Source: Thermoproteota archaeon (lineage in GTDB: Archaea; Korarchaeota; Korarchaeia; Korarchaeales; Korarchaeaceae). From it: a stretch of 34,457 nt of DNA. A model generated the notes under the pieces. It was not told where the DNA came from and did no database searches. It saw only the letters and a list, made by a program, of their open reading frames with translations. Position numbers and translations under genes: made by a program. This document shows, in pieces, positions 27,793 to 34,457 of the stretch (positions are counted from its first letter, which is position 1; each line of letters begins with the position of its first letter). The stretch spans positions 1-34,457 of the forward strand of contig JAOZFI010000018.1 of the NCBI GenBank assembly GCA_027491395.1, given 5' to 3'.

Positions 27793-28156
27793 CTCTAATC
27801 ACCTCCCGAGCCAGTTCGACGAATGAGATGGCTAACTCGCGCCTAAAGTTCCTCCCACCGTACCTAGAGCTGAAGTAGGCATCTGTGAGGTGCTCTATCC
27901 TCTCACCCCTCTCTTCCAAGAGTTTAGATACGAGATCACATTACTCGGAGAGCCAGTCACCTAAGAGCTCCATCAGATCGTGAGTCCTCGGATATGTGCC
28001 CACCACCTCAAGCAGCACTCCTTTGACGAATAGTTCGATGGCCTGATGGACGTGAAACACGGCCTTGTCATGAAACCCTCTGGATAGGCTGTACTCAGCT
28101 AGCTCTAGGAACGCCCTGCCCCTTCTCTTCAGGTTCTCGGACTCCCTGTAGCTCAA
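27755..28156 (-). pseudogene. HEPN-domain protein with an internal stop
   Basis: AVFHVHQAIELFVKG..YPRTHDL, in-frame TAA at 27941-27943, then LTDAYFSSRY. Confidence 0.85.
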
Positions 28157-28157
28157 T

Positions 28158-28466
28158 TCATTCGGCCTCCTCGAACTTCCCCTCCTCCTTGTCCAGCTTC
28201 TTGGCATCCCTCAAGGTGATCGGCCTACCGCCCGTACTCGGCCTCTTCACGACCGCGTAGTAGAGGGCCCCTACTGCAGCGGCGAAGAAGCCCACAGTAG
28301 TGACGAGTACCCCGACCAGTACCAGAGCGACGAGGATAGCCAGTATGAGGGCAGCGATCAACGGGAGGTATTTGAGGACCAGCCAGAGCACTATACCTCC
28401 AGCCAGCAGCCCTATTAGGGTGAGAAGCAGGAGAGCCGCAACTTCCCTCCCACTCAAATCAATCAC
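28158..28466 (-). CDS. Small hypothetical membrane protein
   Basis: Long hydrophobic stretch; overlaps the AIM24 gene stop. Confidence 0.7.
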   Translation of the reverse strand: MIDLSGREVAALLLLTLIGLLAGGIVLWLVLKYLPLIAALILAILVALVLVGVLVTTVGFFAAAVGALYYAVVKRPSTGGRPITLRDAKKLDKEEGKFEEAE

Positions 28467-29169
28467 CCAGTGTTATGGTGAATCCCCTGTTCCCAGATTG
28501 GGGTATGTGCCTCGCTATCTCCTTAGCCATGGCAGCTATGTTCAGGGACTGGAGTATCACCCTGCCCGGGCCCCTCAGCACCGCGAAGAAGAGGCCCTCC
28601 CCACTGAAAAGCATGGACTTCACGCCGCCGACCCTCTCTATGTCGAAGTCCACCGAGTCCTCCAAGGCCACCAAGTGCCCGGTGTCTACCTTGAGCACAT
28701 GATCTGGCTTCAGATCGTACTCTATAAAGTCCCCGGCCGCGTGGATGAACACCTTCCCAACGCCGCGTACCCTCTCCATTATGAGTCCCTCTCCACCGAA
28801 GAGAGCAGCTCCCAGCTTCCTGGCCATGCCGGCAGTGATCTCAACGCCATCCTCCGCAGCCAAAAAGCCGCCCCTCTGGATAAGGTACTCCTCAGTGCCG
28901 TCCAGTTCCAGCACCGCTATCTTACCAGGAGCTGTGCCGGCGAAGGAAACTACTCCCGGTCCTCCTTCGGCGGAGAACTCCGTTACGAAGAATGTTTCTC
29001 CAGCTATGGCCCTCTTCAGGCTGGCCACGAACCCTCCACGGGCCTTAACATCCATCTTTACGTTGCCGGACATGTGGTTGAGGGCCCCGGCCTCTGCGTA
29101 GATTCTCTCACCGGGAGACAGTTCTATTACGAGGACTTGAAGATTATCCCCTACTATCCGGTACTTCAT
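28459..29169 (-). CDS. TIGR00266/AIM24-family protein
   Basis: L.PGE.IYAEAGA, AGETFF, FGGEGL, VDTGHLVA, SGEGLF, GPGRVILQS; GAGG RBS. Confidence 0.92.
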   Translation of the reverse strand: MKYRIVGDNLQVLVIELSPGERIYAEAGALNHMSGNVKMDVKARGGFVASLKRAIAGETFFVTEFSAEGGPGVVSFAGTAPGKIAVLELDGTEEYLIQRGGFLAAEDGVEITAGMARKLGAALFGGEGLIMERVRGVGKVFIHAAGDFIEYDLKPDHVLKVDTGHLVALEDSVDFDIERVGGVKSMLFSGEGLFFAVLRGPGRVILQSLNIAAMAKEIARHIPQSGNRGFTITLGD

Positions 29170-29255
29170 GCCTCCTCAGGGATTGTGGACAGGGGTGGCT
29201 TATTAAGATCCCGAATCAGCGGCCGTCTCGAAAACCGTATGGCGAGGAGATGCGG

Positions 29256-29750
29256 TCACGGTGGCTTGAAGATCTCCCTCAGCATGCATATAGGATTAGG
29301 TATGATCATGGGTACTCTCCTCCTGTACTCCTCGTAATCCTCCCCGAACTTCTCCAACGCCTCGGGTTCCTCTACCCTGATCAGGAATAAGATGACGCTC
29401 GCCCAGATGGTGAGGGTGAGTAGGAGGAATGTGAAGGGGCCACCGGGTAGTAGGCCGAAGGAAGTGACGAAGAGCCCGATACCGAGGTGGTGAGGGTGCC
29501 TGACGCAGGAGTATATTCCATGGGTCACCAGCTTCGTGGTCCATCCCCACTCCTCCGGCTGCCCAAACTTCCTGAGCATTCTACCTGATGTCCTCAGGAT
29601 CAGCGCTGCAACTATCATCCCGAGTAATCCGAGGACCCTCACCCATAAAGGTAGAATGAAGCCATATATAGAGTCCAGCGAGTATCCTAGTACTAGGGGG
29701 ATCAGCATCACGAATAGCCAGAGGAAGAATCTCCTCTTCACCTTCTCCAT
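29256..29750 (-). CDS. Isoprenylcysteine carboxyl methyltransferase/PEMT-family membrane protein
   Basis: KLVTHGIYSCVRHP, EE...L.EKFGEDYEEYRRRVP. Confidence 0.88.
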   Translation of the reverse strand: MEKVKRRFFLWLFVMLIPLVLGYSLDSIYGFILPLWVRVLGLLGMIVAALILRTSGRMLRKFGQPEEWGWTTKLVTHGIYSCVRHPHHLGIGLFVTSFGLLPGGPFTFLLLTLTIWASVILFLIRVEEPEALEKFGEDYEEYRRRVPMIIPNPICMLREIFKPP

Positions 29751-30286
29751 TAAGATCGCCCAGATTAACGATTGACCAGCAGGATCTTTAAGGTTTCAGG
29801 ATGGGCAAGGGTGCTTCTACATAAGAGATACTCGTGTTAGCCAAGGATTATTGGCTTGTTCCCGTGTGAGGGCTTTTATAACCGACTTGAGCGTTTCCGA
29901 ACTCAATTATATCGTTTGTAGGAAATCTAATGGGAGAGGAGTCGAGGGATATCGGGCAGGTGCCTCTCATCGGGTTATGACGAAATCCTGAGTGAGAGTG
30001 GACAACATCTCTGAAAGAGCCCCGAAGATGAAATGTAAGCGCTTCCTTTCGCCGGTAGATCACTTCATCAAAGCAGTGGAGGTGTTGAAGATGAAAATAA
30101 CGTTCGTAGCGTGATAAGAAGCTGAGTAGAAGGCATGTGAGGTGGGATATTGTTCACCGAGGATCTTATTGAAAAGGAGCGCGGTGCAGTGGAAAAGCAC
30201 GAGTTCGATATGGGGGCCATCCCGGGGTGAGGAGGACTGCGGAGAGACCTGAAACCGGCTTGGTGATGGAAGTGGCCTGCTCTAGC

Positions 30287-30568
30287 CTACATGCTGGAGA
30301 TTCGATATAGAATGGCCGATCCCAGTGCACCCAATCCCGAGACCATCAGAAGCGGTCCCGCCACACTGACGGTGTAGCCCATCTCCGCCCAGTGGAGGAA
30401 GAATATGAACATCAATGTGGATTGTATCAGAAATATGGCCGATACTGCCACTAAGAGCCTGCCCACAGGGGTATTCCCGAGGGTAAAGTAATTCCTCAGG
30501 GTGAGCATCAGGAAGAGGATCTCCACGAGAACGAGAACCAGATCCACAATCCAGTAAACACCTATCAT
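30287..30568 (-). CDS. Small 3-TM membrane protein
   Basis: Hydrophobic 93-aa ORF starting 4 nt downstream of the ArsR gene. Confidence 0.75.
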   Translation of the reverse strand: MIGVYWIVDLVLVLVEILFLMLTLRNYFTLGNTPVGRLLVAVSAIFLIQSTLMFIFFLHWAEMGYTVSVAGPLLMVSGLGALGSAILYRISSM

Positions 30569-30572
30569 TAGA

Positions 30573-30854
30573 TCACCCCGTAAGGGAGTTTACAACCTCC
30601 CAATTCCTCTCCAAGACGTCGGAAAGGAAGTATGGAGCGCCGTAGCCGCTCTCCAATCTCACGATTAAACCGTGTCTCTCCAGCACAGTTAAATGATGGA
30701 TCACGGTCTTGTAGTTCAGATTCAGCACTCTTGCGAGTTGATTCGGGTTCATGGGCTTCTCCTTTAGTGCTCTTAATATCTTCAGCCTCGTGGGCCCGCC
30801 TCTCGAACCATTCAACAGCCACGTTAGTATCTTCCTGAGCCTCAGGGGATCCAT
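30573..30854 (-). CDS. ArsR-type winged-helix regulator
   Basis: GSRGGPTRLKIL..L..KPMNPNQLA..LNLNYKTV.HHL.VL...GLI. Confidence 0.9.
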   Translation of the reverse strand: MDPLRLRKILTWLLNGSRGGPTRLKILRALKEKPMNPNQLARVLNLNYKTVIHHLTVLERHGLIVRLESGYGAPYFLSDVLERNWEVVNSLTG

Positions 30855-30983
30855 TTAATACCTCAAGAGGTGACGACTTGGACCTTAAATCCCTTGGCAT
30901 AGGATATTTCGTAGATTCCTCATAAAAACATTAATACAATATCGATGTAAGAGGTAATCATCGATACTCTATAGGAGTAGTGC

Positions 30984-31024
30984 TAAATTTATGGTAAATT
31001 TATATGTAAATTTGGGGAAAATTG
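30984..31024. promoter_or_regulatory. Phased TAAATTT repeats in a divergent promoter
   Basis: Copies start at 30984, 30995 and 31007, with a degenerate copy at 31018. Confidence 0.55.
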
Positions 31025-31061
31025 GGTCTCACATTTATCATTCCGTGGTTCTGCTCTCATT

Positions 31062-31694
31062 ATGAGCAAGTCGATCCTTATAGGAGCAATCGTCGTGTTG
31101 GTCACCCTCGCTGCTGCTCTATTCTACGTAGCATCGAGGCCGGCTGAGAAGACTCCTACCGTGATGGTGACGCCCAAACAGACTGCCTTTCAGAAAGCCG
31201 TGGGATGGAAGCCCGATGGCGATGTAACTGAGGGGGAGTACGATCAAGAGCTGGAGCTGGCGGGCGGCAGATTCAAAGTATACTGGAGGGTTGATGGTGA
31301 GTATCTCTACGTGGCCCTAGTGGGTAGGACGACAGGCTGGATTGCGATAGGCTTCGAACCGACGAAGAGGATGAAGGATGCAGACATGGTGATAGGGTGG
31401 GTCAAGGACGGTAAGGCCACGGTAATTGACGCCTATTCCACGGGCGAAACTGGACCCCATCCGCCGGATGAGAAATTAGGGGGAAGGAACGATATCCTAT
31501 CGTATGGAGGATCGGAGAAGGATGGTGTGACCACTATAGAGTTCAAGAGGAAGCTTTCCACGGGAGATAAGTACGATAAGGACCTGAAGCCAGGATCGAC
31601 GATCAAGTTCATCTTCGCCATGGCGGACGAAGATATTTTCACCAAGAAGCATAATGTAGCCAAGGGATCCGGCGAGCTCAGCCTAAGGGGCTGA
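31062..31694 (+). CDS. Membrane-anchored DOMON-domain protein
   Basis: N-terminal TM helix; TTGWIAIGF...MKDADMVIGW, TTIEFKRKL.TGD.YD, C-terminal His. Confidence 0.88.
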   Translation: MSKSILIGAIVVLVTLAAALFYVASRPAEKTPTVMVTPKQTAFQKAVGWKPDGDVTEGEYDQELELAGGRFKVYWRVDGEYLYVALVGRTTGWIAIGFEPTKRMKDADMVIGWVKDGKATVIDAYSTGETGPHPPDEKLGGRNDILSYGGSEKDGVTTIEFKRKLSTGDKYDKDLKPGSTIKFIFAMADEDIFTKKHNVAKGSGELSLRG

Positions 31695-31730
31695 CTCACT
31701 CCCCTGAGAAGGAATCGTGTTCAATTCGTC

Positions 31731-31742
31731 CTTTTTTATTTT
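31731..31742 (+). terminator. Oligo-T terminator candidate
   Basis: CTTTTTTATTTT downstream of the DOMON gene. Confidence 0.45.
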
Positions 31743-31804
31743 CACATGGCATTGCCCCAACTGCTCCCTTGGACCTCTAATAGCGAGAGGAGGGGAGGGA
31801 ATCC

Positions 31805-32488
31805 TCAGCTGAGGAGCACAGCAAGGACCCCTGAGAGGAATATCCCGTCGAACACTCCAGCCCCTCCTATGCTCACCAGCCCGCTCCCTATCTTCTCCAC
31901 TTCCCTGAGCCTCAACAGGTCCGCTCCGATCAAGGTTCCCAAGGTTCCGGATACATAGGCGCTAACGCCTGTGAAATGAGGGGCCAGTATGAGGGAGGAT
32001 AGGGCCGCGGCTATAGGGGCTATGTAGAAGGGCATCACTATGCCCACACCCCTCACCGGCCGGCTGAAGGCGTAGCTCACCAGCGTCACTATGATCAGAG
32101 AGGCTATGATCCCCGGCCTGGGACCCACTTTCGACAGGAGGAAGAGGGAGAATGCTGTGGGGATGAGCGCCCCTCCTAAATTAACCGCTATTATAACCCT
32201 CCTCTCTATCCTGACCGGAGGGAGTTTAATCCTGAGGAAAAGTACTTCGACCTCGTCCACGACCTCGTAGGTCCTCTTCTCCCACACAGGGATGTTCACC
32301 GCACTGCCCAACAGCGTGGAGAGTAGGAGAATCCATGTCTGCCAAGGAGTCAGACCTATCTTGGTGAATGCTCTTCCCACCATGCCCAAGAAGAGCAGGA
32401 ACATTATGGGGAGTAAGAAGAGGAAGAGGAGCATTATCAGCATCATGGCGAGGGGGTAGTATATGTAGGACCTGTCCACCTGAACCAT
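31805..32488 (-). CDS. DUF1614-family membrane protein
   Basis: GSAVNIPV, IAVNLGGALIP, GTLGTLIGADLL, SIGGAGVFDGIFLSG. Confidence 0.9.
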   Translation of the reverse strand: MVQVDRSYIYYPLAMMLIMLLFLFLLPIMFLLFLGMVGRAFTKIGLTPWQTWILLLSTLLGSAVNIPVWEKRTYEVVDEVEVLFLRIKLPPVRIERRVIIAVNLGGALIPTAFSLFLLSKVGPRPGIIASLIIVTLVSYAFSRPVRGVGIVMPFYIAPIAAALSSLILAPHFTGVSAYVSGTLGTLIGADLLRLREVEKIGSGLVSIGGAGVFDGIFLSGVLAVLLS

Positions 32489-32621
32489 CAGAGGGGGAGA
32501 GTAATAAAGAGCCTCCTTACCCCTCGCTGGGTAAGTTTCATGTTTCCGAGCTTGAATGAGATCTGCGGTCTATCGCCAGATTAAGGTCGCATCGCGCCCG
32601 TCTTGGCATGGTCTATACCAA

Positions 32622-32913
32622 CTACTCAACGAATCCCCTAGAGATGGCGACCAAGATTCCCCCCTCCTTATCCTCATTCAGTGCAGCTAGTCGGATGGCC
32701 ATGGCGTAGGGGACCTTCATCATTCTTTTCTCTCTCATTTCCGGTCTCAGTCTGAGCAGCTTCTTCACCCTTTCATCGAACTCCTTGACTCGCCTAGCGC
32801 TGAGTCCGGCCTTAACCTCACCTGTAACGATGATGTCGTCAGTCTCACCGTAAATGGTACTCCTCATAATCCTTCAGCGCCTTGAGGAACTTCTCCTCCA
32901 AGGAGAGGGACAT
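32622..32913 (-). pseudogene. Remnant of an archaeal coiled-coil/PD-(D/E)XK protein with an internal deletion
   Basis: MSLSLEEKFLKALKDYEE start joined out of frame to DIIVTGEVKA...V..F...V..L. Confidence 0.55.
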
Positions 32914-33271
32914 CACTCATAGGTCCCAAGACGATATAGAATCTCTTTCGTGGGTTCAAGTACTTTCCCATATGGAATGAAAGTTATATGAAAAACGCTA
33001 GCTCGCGCGCTACTGAAATGCTTGAGAGGGCGCGCGAGTCAACCTACCTCACTCATAAAGGGCAGGGAAATTAGATCCCGGATCGAGCCTGATGGGCGAA
33101 ATTGAATTCTAACGGAATCTCCTGCATAAATCTCGCATACGACATGACGGGCCTCTCCATCGGGTTCTTCACCGGTCATATGACTATTCTTTATCATCCT
33201 AAACCCTCAACCTGCAGGTTTAGATTGAAATGAGGAGTGGGTGCGTCTGGATCCGGCCATGGAGGGATTCA

Positions 33272-34183
33272 TCAAGGAACTTCAAGGAAGGAGAGGTCTT
33301 TGTCACTTAGTTCCATCTCCGCAGCTTCAGCATTTTCTTGGAGCTGCTCCAAGCTCTTAGCTCCGGGGATTGCGACCACTCCCTTCTCCCTTATCACCCA
33401 CGCCAGAGCGAGTTGGGCCGGGCCTGTCCCTCCTCCCTTCCTCTTCGCTAGTTCCTTCAGCCTCTCAACCACAGTCCAGTCGATCCTTCCGTAAAGGTGC
33501 CATATGTTCAGCCTCCTCTGCAGTCCTTTGGGTATTCTCCCCGGCCCGTATTTCCCGGTAAGCAATCCCTGCGCCAGGGGGCTATAAGCTATTATCGTGA
33601 TTCCCTCCCTCCGGCAGTGAGGGATCAGATCCCTCTCCGGATCCCTCTTCAACAGGTTATACTCAATCTGGTTGCTGGCTAGGTCGTGCCTCTGGAGATA
33701 GCTCCTAGCCTCCTCCATCTGCTTCAGGGAGAAATTGCTCACCCCTATCGCCCTTATCCTCCCTTCCTCCAGCTCCCGCTCTAGTGCCCTCAACGCGCCC
33801 TTCAGGGGAAATATGGGACTGGGCCAGTGGATCTGGTAGAGGTCCACGTAGCTGGTGTTAAGCCTCCTCAAACTGTTCCTCAGCGCCTTCAATACCCCTG
33901 AGACGGTGACCCTGTATGGAAAGACCTTCGTAGCTATTACTACTTCTTCCCTGTCCACTTGGCTCAGCGCCTTCCCTATGACCCTCTCGGATCTCCCCCA
34001 TCCGTATATCTCCGCAGTATCTATGAAGTTGATTCCAAGCTCCAAGGCCCTCCTTATTATGGAGATGGCCTCCCCTTCATCTATTTCCTTCCCCCAACCC
34101 CAATAGCTGGCGCCGAACTGCCAAGTCCCCAGCCCTATTTTGGAGACCCTTATACCCGTCCTCCCCAGCTGCTCGTACCTCAT
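33272..34183 (-). CDS. Aldo/keto reductase
   Basis: IGLGTWQFG, GINFIDTAEIYG, VIATKV, YVDLYQIHWP, IGVSNF, AYSPLAQG, IPGAK. Confidence 0.96.
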   Translation of the reverse strand: MRYEQLGRTGIRVSKIGLGTWQFGASYWGWGKEIDEGEAISIIRRALELGINFIDTAEIYGWGRSERVIGKALSQVDREEVVIATKVFPYRVTVSGVLKALRNSLRRLNTSYVDLYQIHWPSPIFPLKGALRALERELEEGRIRAIGVSNFSLKQMEEARSYLQRHDLASNQIEYNLLKRDPERDLIPHCRREGITIIAYSPLAQGLLTGKYGPGRIPKGLQRRLNIWHLYGRIDWTVVERLKELAKRKGGGTGPAQLALAWVIREKGVVAIPGAKSLEQLQENAEAAEMELSDKDLSFLEVP

Positions 34184-34331
34184 ATGAATCCCGAGAGATC
34201 CTAGCGATACGGGATTTTAAAGCGAGCTGTCAAGGACCGGCTGGGAAGGTAGGGGCCTGAAGGTAGCCGAGAGTCATTCCGAGCCTTAGCTATCAGCTTT
34301 ACGAGTTAATTAGGGGTGGTGTTAGAGACCA

Positions 34332-34457
34332 CTACTTTATCCCCAACCTCTCCTTTATCAGCGCCACGTCCCTCTCCAAGGCCGTGAGCCTCTCATCCAG
34401 CATGGACTTGAGGTCCTTCCTGACCCCCTTGAGCTCCTCCAGCGTCTCATCCTGCTT
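34332..34457 (-). CDS. 3' end of a coiled-coil protein (partial; runs off the window)
   Basis: KQDETLEELKGVRKDLKSMLDERLTALERDVALIKERLGIK*. Confidence 0.65.
   Translation of the reverse strand, partial: KQDETLEELKGVRKDLKSMLDERLTALERDVALIKERLGIK

Noticed and set aside
28300-29337. 345-aa plus-strand ORF
   Set aside because: Antisense shadow of the AIM24 and neighbouring genes; composition is not protein-like.
13848-29750. CPBP protease plus ICMT-like gene as a prenylation pathway
   Set aside because: The genes are 15 kb apart, both families are widespread in prokaryotes, and no prenyltransferase or CAAX substrate is seen.
29760-30286. Gene-free stretch with an RBS-like GGAGGTG and ATG
   Set aside because: The frame closes after 7 codons; no recognisable protein or RNA structure.
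1-34457. CRISPR array, IS element, integrase, tRNA or rRNA
   Set aside because: No regularly spaced repeats, transposase or integrase motifs, or cloverleaf/rRNA signatures were found by eye.

Overview
Chromosomal segment of a GC-rich archaeon, probably thermophilic. This is inferred from Elp3, Nre with a PIP box, a CetZ-like gene, HEPN/MNT and VapBC modules, TATA-like promoters and heavy AGG/AGA/ATA codon use; the lineage cannot be fixed from sequence alone. Recognisable genes: Ogt, Nre and an SPL-like radical SAM protein (DNA repair); a coupled Trm9-like methyltransferase plus Elp3 pair (wobble-U modification); a secreted metallophosphoesterase; CPBP, ICMT/PEMT, AIM24, NifX-like, DOMON, DUF1614 and AKR proteins; and a bactofilin-like protein. 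There are five toxin-antitoxin modules (two intact, three broken) and several other pseudogenes. The most unusual element is at 3210-11292. It holds a CetZ/tubulin-like domain with degenerate GTP motifs that is split by a PEGA-like insert and about 8 transmembrane helices, co-oriented with a membrane-anchored vWA (MIDAS) protein. Facing it are an orphan wHTH protein, a TATA-preceded GC hairpin and two tandem double-Lrp-like paralogues. No rRNA, tRNA, CRISPR array or transposase was recognised. All family calls come from reading motifs by eye; no database search was run.
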